Below, piece after piece: positions 1 through 13,804 of a stretch of 64,000 bases of DNA. The stretch comes from Eledone cirrhosa (taxonomy: Eukaryota): assembly GCA_964016885.1 (NCBI GenBank), contig OZ024757.1:21824001-21888000 (forward strand), written 5' to 3'. Numbering within the stretch: position 1 is the stretch's first letter; the number at the start of each line of letters is the position of its first letter. The notes beneath the pieces were generated by a model. It saw only the letters and a program-made list of their open reading frames with translations. It was not told where the DNA came from and did no database searches. The translations under genes were made by a program, and so were the position numbers.

Positions 1-355
1 TATTTACACACACACACATATATACACACACATATACATACACACATACATATATACACACCCATACATACACACACATATACATACACACGCACACATA
101 TATACACACACATATACATACACGCACACACACATATACACACATATATACACACACATAATCATACACACACACATATACATACACACACATACATACA
201 TACACGCACATGCACATACATACACACAGACACACACACACATACACACACACATACATACATAGACACACACACACATATACATACACACACATACATA
301 CACACCCATATACATACACACACACACCCATATATATATATATATATATATATAT
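1..355. repeat. Compound (CA)n/(TA)n microsatellite
   Basis: Degenerate CACA/CATA units ending in (TA)n. Confidence 0.95.
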
Positions 356-545
356 CATCATCATTTTACGTCTGCTTTTCCCTGCTTGCAAGGGTTGGAC
401 GGGTCCTATTCAGCACAGCATCTCTCCACTTGTCACGGTCCTTCGTCATCTCCTCAGTGAGTTTCAGCGATCTGAGGTCTGCTCTCACCACCTCTGCCCA
501 TGTTTTACGTGGTCTACCTCTACTGCATCTTCCTTCTACTTAGAG
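356..545 (-). mobile_element. 3' fragment of an RTE-clade LINE (ORF C-terminus plus (ATG)n tail)
   Basis: Minus strand 539-366 translates VEGRCSRGRPRKTWAEVVRADLRSLKLTEEMTKDRDKWRDAVLNRTRPTLASREKQT*. The GRP..TW...DR..WR pattern is typical of RTE C-termini, and a (ATG)n tail follows. Confidence 0.85.
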
Positions 546-765
546 ATCATACATCAGCTAGTATTGCTTATCTTTCAGATGTACAATCTCTACGACCTAT
601 GCTAGAATAAGATTTGAAACATCAGGTAGCATGCAACTGTGTTGAAAATGATATTTACAATAATATACTTCAGTTCTGTACTTAACATAGACCATTCCCT
701 TTTGTCTAGTCTACAGAAACGTTTGACATATATATATGTATGTATTGCTATGACCAATTTATATA

Positions 766-1249
<484 letters not shown>

Positions 1250-1263
1250 GTAGTTCCACAACA

Positions 1264-1520
1264 GTTAGTTCACCATTACCAAGGACAATTGTTTCACCAT
1301 ATTTGGATCATCAGCTCAATTTAAATGAGGTTGTATAGAAAAGGATAAACAACTGTATAAAACTGTTTTTCCTTTTCCGTACAATCTCATTTAAACCGAG
1401 CTGATGATCTGAATAATGTGAAACAATTGTTCTCGGTAATGGTGAACTAATGGTGAACTAACTCGTCCCATGGACTGAATGCTCTACTACTATGGATATA
1501 ACCCACTAGTGTTCTACTAT
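1264..1520. mobile_element. Fold-back element with a hammerhead motif in each arm (Penelope-like-derived, inferred)
   Basis: About 85-bp imperfect inverted arms (1264-1348 / 1368-1450), a one-sided tail, and (TA)n on both sides. Confidence 0.65.
1395..1437 (+). ncRNA. Minimal type I hammerhead ribozyme motif
   Basis: ACCGAG-CTGATGA-(weak stem II)-GAAAC-AATT-GTT-CTCGGT, with a perfect stem I and palindromic stem III. The mirror copy on the minus strand (1279-1319) has stem II CCA/TGG and a GTC site. Confidence 0.6.
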
Positions 1521-1539
1521 TATATATATATATATATAT

Positions 1540-1900
1540 ATGTCTATTTGTTTGTGTGTGTGTAGGGGGGAGGGGATTGAGTAGGTGCATGTGATTGTGC
1601 AGGTGTTTGTGTGCGTGTGTGTGTTTGTGTATGTGCATGTGGTTGTGTATGTGTGTGTGTGAGGGGGGGGGGGGCAACGATTGTTTGTATGTGGGATTGT
1701 GTGTATGAAAATGGTGTGGTGTAGTGTTTGTGTTTATGGTATTGTGTGTGTATGTGTGTGTGTGTGTACGATTGTGTGGGTGATTACTTGTCCGTGTGTG
1801 TGTACGATTGTGTGGGTGATTACTTGTCCGTGTGCATGTGGGAGGCATCATTGTGTGTAGGTGATTGTGTGTGTGTGTGAATGTGTGTGTGTGATGTGTT
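1540..1900. repeat. Degenerate (TG)n low-complexity tract
   Basis: TG-rich with a short internal duplication. Confidence 0.85.
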
Positions 1901-2120
1901 AACATACCACATGACCACATTAACTAGACATTCTTGAAAAGTTCAAAACATTAGTGACTTTATAACATTAAATATCTAAGTCTTTAGTCTACTACAAATG
2001 TTCACAATGATCTGACAACTAGTAAAGATACTATAAACATTTGAATTAACAAACCAGTTTTTTTTATATTTTTAGTTAAATTATTACAAGGAGTTTTTCC
2101 TCTCCTTACCATATTTTTAA

Positions 2121-2324
2121 CTCTTTCGTATTCACATTACTCTATATTTACTATTATATTTTCACGAGGCTTTATCTCACATAATATCGAATCTATGAGA
2201 TTTTGATATTATTTATTTTGAGAACAATACCTTAACATCAGTATGAGTGGCCAGTTACAGCCAGTTCGAACAGAAAGAGGTGAGAGAATTCTGGCCAGAT
2301 ACAGCTGGTTTAAATGCTAAAGGG
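2121..2324. mobile_element. piggyBac-like MITE, short version (about one internal 59-bp unit)
   Basis: TTAA|CTCTTT...TAAAGGG|TTAA; the body matches 18585-19849 and 41722-42300. Confidence 0.7.
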
Positions 2325-2721
2325 TTAATGAAAGTACAGTCTAGACTTTGCAAATCATTTTGAAAATAATTGATATTTGGAAAGATTTTGTAATATAAAA
2401 GATTTTCACATCTTTAAGCTATGCTAGTGTTTGGAATAGAACTCAACATGAAATTATGTTGGATGGTTTTTAGATAAATATAAACACTTTAAAATAAACA
2501 GCTTTCTATCATAGAACCTGTGGCAGTTTCAGGTGATTTGTTATCAAATAGTTCCTGATTTTGGAGTTTAATTTTGGTTCTTACATAAAATTATAATGGA
2601 AAGGTTTTTAGGAAAATATAAACGCTTATTTTTAAATAAATATGAACAGTTTTGTATCATAGAATCTGGGACAGGTGGTTTGGTATAAAATAGTTAAGCT
2701 GGTGTTGAGAGTTTAACTTAA

Positions 2722-2884
2722 CATCATTTCATCATCATCATCATTTCATTTTACGTCCGCTTTTTCCCTGCTTGCAAGGGTGGGACGGGAACTGATTCTG
2801 GCTTGATTTCTACAGCTGGATGCCCTTCCTAACACCAACCTCATTTACAGTGAGTGCTGGGTGCTTTTTTGCCGTGGCACCTAC
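2722..2884 (-). mobile_element. SINE family A, 3' part
   Basis: Matches 766-915 and stops where the 42-bp array starts. Confidence 0.85.
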
Positions 2885-2890
2885 ACATAA

Positions 2891-4373
2891 ATTAAGATAT
2901 GTGATACATTGTAACCAGTGAGAGATACTGAACATGGTAAGATATGTAATACATTGTAACCAGTGAGAGATAGTGGATACAATAAGATATGTGATACATT
3001 GTAACCAGTGAGAGATAGTGGATAAATTAAGATATGTGATACATTGTAACCAGAGAGAGATAGTGGATACATTAAGATATGTGATACATTGTAACCAGTG
3101 AGAGATAGTGGATAAATTAAGATATGTGATACATTGTAACCAGTGAGAGATAGTGGATACATTAAGATATGTGATACATTGTAACCAGTGAGAGATAGTG
3201 GATACATTAAGATATGTGATACATTGTAACCAGTGAGAGATAGTGGATACATTAAGATATGTACTACATTGTAACCAGTGAGAGTTAGTGGATACATTAA
3301 GATATGTAATACATTGTAACCAGTGACAGATACTGAACATGGTAAGGTATGTAATAGATTGTAACCAGTGAGAGATAGTGGATACATTAAGATATGTAAT
3401 ACATTGTAACCAGTGAGAGATACTGAACATGGTAAGGTATGTAATAGATTGTAACCAGTGAGAGATAGTGGATACATTAAGATATGTAATACATTGTAAC
3501 CAGTGAGAGATACTGAACATGGTAAGGTATGTAATAGCTTGTAACCAGTGAGAGATAGTGGATAAATTAAGGTATGTAATAGCTTGTAACCAGTGAGAGA
3601 TAGTGGATAAATTAAGGTATGTAATAGATTGTAACCAGTGAGAGTTAGTGGATACATTAAGATATGTGATACATTGTAACCAGTGAGAGATAGTGGATAC
3701 ATTAAGATATGTAATACATTGTAACCAGTGACAGATACTGAACATGGTAAGGTATGTAATAGATTGTAACCAGTGACAGATACTGAACATGGTAAGGTAT
3801 GTAATAGATTGTAACCAGTGAAAGATAGTGGATACATTAAGATATGTGATACATTGTAACCAGTGACAGATACTGAACATGGTAAGGTATGTAATAGATT
3901 GTAACCAGTGAGAGTTAGTGGATACATTAAGATATGTAATAGATTGTAACCAGTGAGAGTTAGTGGATACATTAAGATATGTGATACATTGTAACCAGTG
4001 AGAGATACTGAACATGGTAAGGTATGTAATAGATTGTAACCAGTGAGAGATAGTGGATAAATTAAGGTATGTAATAGCTTGTAACCAGTGAGAGATAGTG
4101 GATAAATTAAGGTATGTAATAGATTGTAACCAGTGAGAGTTAGTGGATACATTAAGATATGTGATACATTGTAACCAGTGAGAGATAGTGGATACATTAA
4201 GATATGTGATACATTGTAACCAGTGATAGATACTGAACATGGTAAGGTATGTAATACATTGTAACCAGTGACAAATACTGAATATGGTAAGGTATGTAAT
4301 AGATTGTAACCAGTGAGAGATAGTGGATAGATTAAGATATGTAATACATTGTAACCAGTGATAGGAAGTGGAC
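2891..4373. repeat. 42-bp minisatellite, about 35 copies, two interspersed unit types
   Basis: Unit ATTAAGATATGTGATACATTGTAACCAGTGAGAGATAGTGGATAC-like, alternating with an ...ACTGAACATGGTAAGG... variant. Confidence 0.95.
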
Positions 4374-5434
4374 ATAGACATCTGAAATATTGCTGCTGCT
4401 GCTACTACTACCACTGCCACCACCACTATTACTACCACTACTACTACTACTACTACTACATATTATTATATAGCACTAATTCAAACATGGATTTCCATAT
4501 TTTTAAGTCGCTTTTTATTTAAACACACACACACGCATATATATAATAGGTATTCATACATATTTTCCATGCATATATGGAAGTGTGGGATTAAATGATG
4601 ATTATATATAAATATATATATATATAAAGAGAGAGAAAGAAAGAGAGAGAGAGCGAGCAATAAATATATACCAGACACAATACACACACACATACACATA
4701 TATATACATGTATGAATACAAAGGTATTCATACAAGTTTCCCATGCAAATATGGAAGTGTAGAATAAAATGATTATATATATGTAGCAAGAGTTTTTTGC
4801 TACATATATATATATATATATATATAAATGTAAGTATGTACATGTACACATATATATATATATATATAAATACACACACACATGCACAATGTACACAAAA
4901 GCATATATATATATATATGTTTGTATATATAGACTCCCTCTTTCAGCGCCAGCACAATCTTTATAAATCTATGCAGAAACAAAGTAGCAAAAGATTCTAA
5001 AGAATTGTCTGAAATCTTCACTGAAAATTGATTTTCTTTGCTTTCAGTTGATCACCGAACATTCTCAATTGGTTATTCCATTCCATTGTGCTGAAGAAAT
5101 TAACTTAATTGCAATAAAGGGAATTTAATAGTGCCACAAGATTTCATTTAGTTGAAGTGTTAGCTTACAATCAGCAACCAGAATCTAGTTAGATTACTGA
5201 GCTGGGCTGGATCAGACTAACCTGGAATCTAAATCGAAATAAAATGGTCAATTGTTATCGGAATGGAATGAAGAAGACGAGAATTCTTACTCTCTAATTT
5301 AAGATGAGTTTTCCTCCTGTAAACATTTTCTTTCCTGTTTTCTTTCTTTTTACTCTGGCTTATGTTTCGATTTCTTCCCTTCTGATAAAGGACTAATGTC
5401 AGAAATGTTAAGTCTCTTTGGACAATTATTGTCA

Positions 5435-5903
5435 CTAGCAGAAAAAACACCATTCGGGTGGATTTCTGCTTGCATATGTAGTGTGTATATTGATATTATA
5501 CGCAAGTATATATACATGTAGATATGATACATCAAATAAAATCGTAATTGACAATATATAATACATAGAAATTGAACGAAGACTGCGTTACACTGTCTTA
5601 TGTTATCAGTAGCGTAATCCATCATACATTAAAAAAGACGATATTATATATAAACTGCATTAGGAGAAAATTAGTATGTTTATTTAAGCGATGGCCAACC
5701 GGAAGAGTTGACATTTCAGAAATTTTAAAGAAGTGAATCTTTAAATAAACAAAATATATTTAATGAACAGCCACGAAATTTAGTAGATAAATTATGTAAT
5801 ATTCATTCATTATTTATTCAAAGTAATCCAAGTTATTTTAGAAACGGGATTAAAAAAATAAACCGTACGCAGTCCCGCAGACCTTCCTTTATTATAGTTT
5901 AGA
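5435..5903 (-). mobile_element. Non-autonomous Helitron
   Basis: On the minus strand it begins A|TCTAAACTATAATAAAG and ends with hairpin CACC-CGAAT-GGTG, then TTTTTTCTG-CTAG|T. Inserted at an AT dinucleotide with no TSD. Confidence 0.65.
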
Positions 5904-6861
5904 TATTGGGATGAAGAAGATGATTAACTGCAGCTATCTCTCATTTAGGCTAAGTTTTATTTATATTATTCTATTTTGATTTATATGTATTCTTTTATTC
6001 TTAGACTGCACATGTATATGTTGCTTAGTGGTTAGAGAATTTGATTCACAATCATGAGGTTGAAAGTATGATTCCTGGACTAGGTGATGTGTTGTTTCCT
6101 TGAGCAAGACACTTTATTTCATGTTGCTATTTTTGCTAAGAGTTGAAACCGTTAGATTGTCAGCAATGGAAAGATCAATAGAAACCTTGTTTCTTTGGTC
6201 TGATTTGACAAGTTCCACTCCACTTGGTAAGTAAATGGGGTCTGGGATCTTCTTGATCGATTCGATCAATGATCAATATACTGCTTTGCATATACTCCCG
6301 ATTTAGAAACAATATTTTGATAATATTTTTGATGCAAAAAGTGGAATTATATTGTTGAGTTTAACATATATCATATTTGTGATTAACTTTCTGGTGTTGT
6401 TAGGGAAAATTTAATCATGTCAGAAAGTTGCTTTCGAATAGATTAAAGAGAGAAAAACATCTTTGACTAAACGGTAAAGCCAGGCAAAACCCAGTTTAGC
6501 GGTAAAATTATTGAAATTACAAACCAATGACCCGTATATCTCAGTTCTATTTATAAATAGAAGTGTTGGGCCCCTTTAACTGGTCGTTGTGAAGCCTATT
6601 TGATAGGATGTACTAGAGAGGCCTACATATAACTTTAGCTTTTATATGAAATGTGTGCGTCCCACCACAAATAAATATGATAATAGTAATAATCACAATA
6701 AATAACAGTTGGATAAATCAGGGTTTTTATAATGTGTGCATCCCAAAGCAAATGACCATGATAATAATAGTTACTGATTTAGGCAAATGGTCAACAATTT
6801 ATGGGAGGAGAAAGTTGATTAAATCAACCCCAGTGCATTACTGGTATTATTTTATTGATCT

Positions 6862-7050
6862 CGGTGGATTGGCAGTATCGGTAGAGAGTCGGACGCCATG
6901 CTTTCCAGCATAGTTACGTCCCTTTACGGTCTGAGTTCAAATCCCGCCGAGGTTAACTTTGCCTTTCATCCTTACGGGGTCGATAAAATAAAGTACCAGT
7001 AATGTACTGGGAAATTGATGGCCTTGTGCCAAAAGTAGAAACAATTATTT
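6862..7050 (+). mobile_element. SINE family B (tRNA-like head with B box GAGTTCAAATCC; core GCCTTTCATCCTTACGGGGTCGATAAAATAAAGTACCAG)
   Basis: Near-identical copies at 8025-8213(-), 10926-11110(+), 24350-24540(+), 37437-37628(+) and 47097-47283(-), plus older copies near 8468, 14930, 24115 and 25690-26210. The core resembles my recollection of the Meta-SINE domain (not verified). Confidence 0.85.
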
Positions 7051-7380
7051 TATTGATCTCGTTAGGATGAAAGGTAAAGCTAACCTTGGTGGGATTTGAA
7101 CTCTGAATGTAAAGGGATGTAACTATGCTGCCAATAATAATTGGGAACATCAGATAAAGTACCTCTGGTGATAAGAAAAGTTTTTTAGCAAGAGATGGAT
7201 GGGTTGTCATAAAATGAGTCAGTACTCAAAAAAGCTACTGACCTCTCAGATGGACTGGGATCTGTATTTTGCTTACAAACATCAATCCTATGTTCTACTA
7301 AGTGTATTTTATCATGGCACCAACACTAAGGAGCAGAAAGGGTGCAAGCATAACTGCAGAGGTACAAAGCAAGGATACTC

Positions 7381-7945
7381 CATTGGGCACTATGTGGCAG
7401 TTATGCACTTGACAGAGCAGAAAAGTAGTAGAAACATAACCCTGAGAGCGTTATCGAAAATGATGATGCAAAGATCCTGTGGGACTTTGTGATACAATGT
7501 GACCATGAGATTGAACATAAGCAGACCAGATATTGTATTAATTGAGAAAGAAAGCAAACAGTATTGGATCATAGATATAGCCTGTCCAGTTGATAACAAG
7601 GTATGTGATAAAGAAGGGGAAAAAAATTGATAGATATGAGATGTTAGTTTGGGAGGTTAAGCAGTTGTGGTCACTGAAAAAGGTGGTGGTAATACTAATA
7701 ATAGTTGGAGTCTTGGGAACAGTGACTAAAGATCTTGAGAAGTACATCAAACAAATAGGGATTGCAATACAGATGGAGCACTTACAAAAAACATCATTGC
7801 TTGGAACAGCTGGAGTACTCCGGAGGGTACTCGGAAAATAAGGGGTGTTACCTCAGTTTACTGGTAGTGAACAGCTAACACTGTAATACATCTCCAGTGT
7901 TAGAAGCTCAGATAAGGGGTGTTACCTTAGTTCACTGGTAGTAAA
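7381..7945 (+). mobile_element. 3' remnant of an R4/Dong-like (restriction-like endonuclease) non-LTR retrotransposon
   Basis: With stops and frameshifts it reads HWALCG...NDDAKILWDFVIQCDHEIEH-RPDIVLIEKESKQYWIIDIACPVDNKV...EKIDRYEMLVWEVKQLW...IIVGVLGTV...LQKTSLLGTAGVLRRVL*. This is the RPDIV..D RLE motif. Confidence 0.85.
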
Positions 7946-8024
7946 CCATAAAGGCACATAACTATGCTGGAAAGCATGGCATCCGACCCTCTACCGATAC
8001 TGCCAATCCACCGATGTAGCTTTA

Positions 8025-8213
8025 ATAATTGTTTCTACTTTAGGCACAAGGCCAGCAATTACCCAGTGCATTACTGGTACTTTATTTTATCGACCCCGTA
8101 AGGATGAAAGGCAAAGTCAACCTCGGCGGGATTTGAACTCAGATCGTAAAGGGACGTAACTATGCTGGAAAGCATGGCGTCCGACCCTCTACCGATACTG
8201 CCAATTCACCGCC
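8025..8213 (-). mobile_element. SINE family B
   Basis: Reverse complement of the 6862 copy; a partial 5' duplicate lies at 7945-8015. Confidence 0.85.
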
Positions 8214-9419
8214 GTAGCTTTAATAATGAATGCTAGCAGGCCTCACTAAAACACAAACACAAATAATAGTCTCAATTATTCAAATTACTTCTTTTATCTG
8301 TTCTTGTAACATGAAACCAACTGGCTATCATATAATTTATTAAACATTTCCTGTCTTATGAATTAAACAAGGCCTGAATTGTCTACATTAATCAGATCAC
8401 CTAAATATCACATATACTTTAATGTCTGGAATATTCTTGTCCCCACACTTCCCCCACTTAAGGGCCATGGGTGGATTGGCAGTAATGGTAAAGTATCGGC
8501 CAGACAAATTACTTTACAATATCTATTTACAACTGTCCATGTTCTTGTTTCAAATCCCGCTGAGGTTAGCTTTGACATTCATTGTTATGGGGCTCAATAA
8601 ATTAAAGTACCAGTAATGCACTGGGGTTGATTTAATCTACTTTCGCTTCCCCCTTAATTGTTGGCCCCTTGTTTGAATCAGAAACTATTATTATTGTTGT
8701 TTTTGTTGTTGTTGTTGTAAAGCTAGAATGATGGACAAAATAGTTTGCAGTATTTATATATAACTTTCTACATTCATCCTCCTCATCACCGTTTTACATC
8801 CATTCTTCCACGCTAACAAGTGTTAGACGGGTTGTCCTGTTGTGGGTAATGCCAGGTCAGATAACCATGTCTTGCTCCTGATTTCAAATTACATCGAAGG
8901 TCATCTTTGATTTTCAACCTTCCGGGGTTGATAAAATAAAGTACCAGTCATGTACTGGGTTCAATTTAATTCACTTTCAAAAGAATGAAAAGTAAAGTTG
9001 GCTCTGGCAGGGTTTGAGCTGAGTGAGCAGAGAGCAAGAACTAAAACAAGAAAACATTCCATCCGCTGTTCTAACAACTCTACCAAGTTGTGGTCTTATT
9101 TAAAAGGGTTAAATACCGCCATATGTGTCGGCTGATATTTCATCATGTGATTTAGATAATTTGATGCCAGACTGACCTATTTCAATATAACAAATATGTC
9201 TCTACATCATCACATTTCTCAGTTTTATTTCTCTCTTTTATAATAGAAATACAAGTAAATTATCATAATGGAAATTGGTAAGAAAACATGAATGGCACCT
9301 GATTAAGTAAACACCTCACTACTCATAAATGGTCTCTAATCCAAATAGAGTCCAGCATAATATTGTCTTAATATCTGTTCTCAATAACACACCTTGCCCT
9401 ACCCACTCCACGACAATGA

Positions 9420-10690
9420 TGTCCACCACCAACACCACCACCAATGTCACAGCTACTACCACCAACATCACCACCATCAACACCGCCACAGCTGCCACCA
9501 TCACAGCTACCACCAACACCACCACCACCAGTGTCACAGCTACTACCACCACCATCACAGCTACCACCAACACCACCACCAGTGTCACAGCTACTACCAC
9601 CACCATCACAGCTACCACCAACACCACCACCAGTGTCACAGCTACTACCACCACCATCACAGCTACCACCAACACCACCACCAGTGTCACAGCTACTACC
9701 ACCACCATCACAGCTACCACCAACACCACCACCAGTGTCACAGCTACTACCACCACCATCACAGCTACCACCAACACCACCACCAGTGTCACAGCTACTA
9801 CCACCACCATCACAGCTACCACCAACACCACCACCAGTGTCACAGCTACTACCACCACCATCACAGCTACCACCAACAACACCACCACCACCAACACGAA
9901 CGTCACAGTTACTACCACCACCACCAATGTCACAGCTACTACCACCAACATCACCACCATCACAGCTACCACCACCACCACCACCACCAGTGTCACAGCT
10001 ACTACCACCAACATCACCACCATCACAGCTACCACCACCACCAGTGTCACAGCTACTACCACCAACACCGCCACAGCTACCACCACCACCACCACCAACA
10101 CCACCAACATCACAGCTACCACCAACAACACCACCATCACAGCTACCACCACCACCACCACCACCCGTGTCACAGCTACTACCACCAACACCACCACCGC
10201 CACAGCTACCACCGCCACCACCAACATCACCACCTTCACAGCTACCACCAACACCACCAACGTCACAGCTACCACTACCACCACCAATATCACAGCTACT
10301 ACCACCATCACAGCTACCACCACCACCAGTGTCAAGCTACTACCACCACCACCGCCACCACCACCAACACCACCAACATCACCACCATCACGGCTACCAC
10401 CAACACCACCACCACCAGTGTCAAGCTACTACCACCACCACCGCCACCACCACCAACACCACCAACATCACCACCATCACAGCTACCACCAACACCACCA
10501 CCACCATCACAGCTACCACCAACAACACCACCACCAACGTCACAGCTACCAACACCACTACTGGCACAGCTGCTACCACCACCACCACCACCACAGTCAC
10601 AGTTACCATCACCACCATCACCACCACCACCACTATACTCCCCACAACAACAACGATGACCAACCCTACCACTCACCCCTCCTGCCACCA
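9420..10690. repeat. (ACC)n-derived minisatellite with a 42-bp higher-order unit
   Basis: Unit ACCACCAGTGTCACAGCTACTACCACCACCATCACAGCTACC...; open in several frames. Confidence 0.9.
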
Positions 10691-10872
10691 CTAATATTAC
10701 CCTAACCCCTATAAAGTTATACACAGACACCAGACAACTTCAACTAACAATAACTCTGAACAACAAAATAATCAGTTGTTTCATTGCTCAATTAATGATA
10801 CAGTACTAAAATGGGTTGAGATAGAGCTTCAAAATTCCTCTCAAGCACATGTTGTCTTATGAAATCATAAAC

Positions 10873-11440
10873 CAGGGGTGTGCAACATATGCCATTGGCA
10901 GGCCACTTTTGAATGTTGGAACAAGTGGATTGGCAGTATCGGTAGAGGGTCGGACGCCATGCTTTCCAGCATAGTTACGTCCCTTTACGATCTGAGTTCA
11001 AATCCCGCCGAGGTTGACTTTGCCTTTCATCTTTACGGGGTCGATAAAATAAAGTACCAGTAATGCACTGGGTATTTGCTGGCCTTGTGCCTAAAGTAGA
11101 AACAATTAATATTTATTAAGCACCAAATAAAGTACCAGTAATGCACTGGGTAATTGCTGGCCTTGTGCCTAAAGTAGAAACAATTAATATTTATTAAGCA
11201 CTATTCCAAAGATTCACCGCAACTTCCTTCCATAACATGGAACTGGGAAATTATAACACACACAACCCTATCAGTGAAGCCCTTTACTATAGGTCAACTA
11301 ACAGAAAACTGTATAACGGTAAAGAAAGAAAATTTCTAAATAAGCCTACAAGGTAAAAATTAAAAACGGTAACCGCAGGTCACTCTGACTGGTCTGGGGG
11401 ACCAGATTGAGGCTCACGGGCTGCCTGTTGCACGCCCCTG
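10873..11440. mobile_element. hAT-type MITE containing a nested SINE B
   Basis: TIRs CAGGGGTGTGCAAC / GTTGCACGCCCCTG and 8-bp TSD TCATAAAC / CCATAAAC. SINE B lies at 10926-11110 with a duplicated tail. Confidence 0.8.
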
Positions 11441-12019
11441 CCATAAACTGTCTTATTGTTTATTTGGTTCCTATATCCTATTTATTATCTTATTTATTTA
11501 GGGCATTCAGCTATAGAAAGCTTACCAAACAAAGGGCTGGAACGACCCTTCAGTCTTGTAAGGACATGACTTCCTCCCCAGTGTTGGTGATCTACTCAAT
11601 AAGCACACCCAGTACACACTCTAAAGTGGTTGTTGACAGGAAAGGCATCCAGCCATACAAAGCTTGCCAAATAAAGAGTTTGGAGAACCCTCAGTTGTGT
11701 CAAAGACATGACAACCTCTCTTGTGTACTCAGAACGTGAAACTGTACAAAAGTGAGATGACAGACTCCCTCGGCCTGTCTGGGAGGTCAGTAGCCCCACT
11801 TCTAGACCCATCCAATCCTGCTAGCAGGGAGAGCAGCCGTTGAAATGATGATGATGATGATGATATTATTTCTATATCGTTTTTACTACTCCCTGATTGA
11901 GTACTTTGTTGAGGTGGAGTAGGTTATGTGTTCTTTTGAGCTGGAAGGCTAAAGTGGCAGAAGCCAAACCTCTGACAGGTTTAACGATGATCTAATACTT
12001 TGTTGGGGCAGAGTAGCTT

Positions 12020-12128
12020 CAGTGCTGAACTTACCTATAGCCTAAATAATCTATAGCAGAGGGCCTCATGTTTTAAAAATATATTATTATTTTATCATTA
12101 GCTTTTATTCTTTAGCATTAAATCATCA

Positions 12129-12180
<52 letters not shown>

Positions 12181-13198
12181 CAAAGAAAGTGTGATAAGAA
12201 ACTAGGTGGACCATAACGCACCAGAGTACTCGATACTTAGGGTAGTAGAGTGGGTAATAAGAAAAGATTCAGGACCTCGATGGCTGAACTCTGGCTGTTT
12301 CGACAGCAAGATCCAAACATATATATATATATACAGGGTGCAGACGATATTTGTTCGCAAGATTACTGTCCAGTAAAAAATAACACAGTAGTTTTATTTT
12401 TTAAGATATATTTATCAAACTTGGGTCAGTTTGTCTTCATGACTTGTTCTTTCGATCTCACTCAATAAACCCGCCATTGGCTTTGATGACAGCCTCAAGG
12501 TGGCCTTGGAACCGGATACAGGCCTTCGTCACTGTCCCCCGACTTAGGCCCCTAAAGGCACTTGTGATCCTGGCCTTCAGATCGTCTTTCGTATTGCAGC
12601 TAGATCTGTTGGTGTCTTGTTCCACTGCACCCCACACAAAGAAGTCGAGGGGGTTGCAGTCAGGCGAGCTGGGAGGCCAGATGTCAGGTGAAGTGTGGTT
12701 GACAAAGTTCTCTGACAGCCAGGCTTGGGTCTTTCAGCTGGTATGGCAGGGCGCTGAGTCTTGTTGCCACACGTACGGCCTACCTGCAGCTACCTGGTCG
12801 ATCCAGGGCTTTACTACCTCGCTCAGAACGCGGATGTAGCCATCGGTGTTCAGCTTGAGGCCCTCAGGGAAGAAGTGAGGTGGCATGACGTGACCTTGAC
12901 TGCTGACGACACCCAAGACCAATGTTGTCGCTGGAAACTTTGTCTGCATGACTCTGGGCATGTCTTTGGATGAGACAGCGAGCCACCTGGTCTTATTTGT
13001 CCTCCCGGTGTGGACTCTAAGAAGAACTCCATGTCTCTTCCACAAATTTGGAGGTTCAAAATTATTCACAATTAACCATTCCGAAAACAAATAATGGAAA
13101 CACAGTCACTGTCTTTATGAAGACAAGAGTGACAATGGAAGTAAAAATATGTGCATAAAATTAGCAGTTGAAAATTGCGAACATATATTGTCCGCACC

Positions 13199-13262
<64 letters not shown>

Positions 13263-13374
13263 TTTATCATTAACATTAATATAAAAAATAATAATTTTGT
13301 ATAATTATTTTAAATTTTTTACCCCAACTTTTTTTTTATAGCTTAGGGCCTCAGCAAGTGAAAGTTCAACCCTG
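12020..13374. mobile_element. hAT-type MITE with nested insertions
   Basis: TIRs CAGTGCTGAACTT / AAGTTCAACCCTG and a perfect 8-bp TSD AGTAGCTT (12012-12019, 13375-13382). Confidence 0.8.
12334..13201 (-). mobile_element. Internally deleted Tc1/mariner DD37D (maT-type) transposon
   Basis: 27-bp TIRs CAGGGTGC(A/G)GAC(G/A)ATAT(T/A)TGTTCGCAA with TA flanks. Transposase remnant ...YVWQQDSAPCHTS*KTQAWLSENFVNHTSPDIWPPSSPDCNPLDFFVWG... has 37 residues between the second and third Asp. One stop codon; the N-terminal part is missing. Confidence 0.92.
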
Positions 13375-13804
13375 AGTAGCTTATGTATTTTTTTTATCTG
13401 GAGGGCTTTACTTATGGAAGCTAAGTTTCTGACAGGTTTAACTAAGCTGTGATTGAGTACTTTGTTGGGATGGAGGGGTTTGTGATGTACATGGATGTAC
13501 TGATGGGAGCCAAACTTCTAGTAGTTTTAACCACTCTGTGATTAAGCATCTTGTTATGGTTAAGTGGTTTATGTGTTAACCCAGCAGGCTATACTAGCAG
13601 AAGCGAAGCTCTGGTATATTCAACCAAGCCATGCTTTGAGAGCCTTGTAGTGGTAGAGAGGTGTAGCGAGACATGATAGTACTATTTTATCGCTGTGGCG
13701 TAATTTGGTGATGCTGGGTCAGTTGCCAGCCCTGTAGGGTTGGCGATGTATGAATACAAATGACCATTTCCGACCGGCTTATGTGTTCTGGGAGACAATA
13801 TTTG

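Noticed and set aside
2810-4438. 542-aa and 438-aa ORFs
   Set aside because: Translations of a 42-bp minisatellite running into a SINE, open in two frames.
9319-10730. Mucin-like Thr-rich, His-rich or Pro-rich proteins
   Set aside because: Triplet-derived repeat open in most frames on both strands, with no splice or domain evidence.
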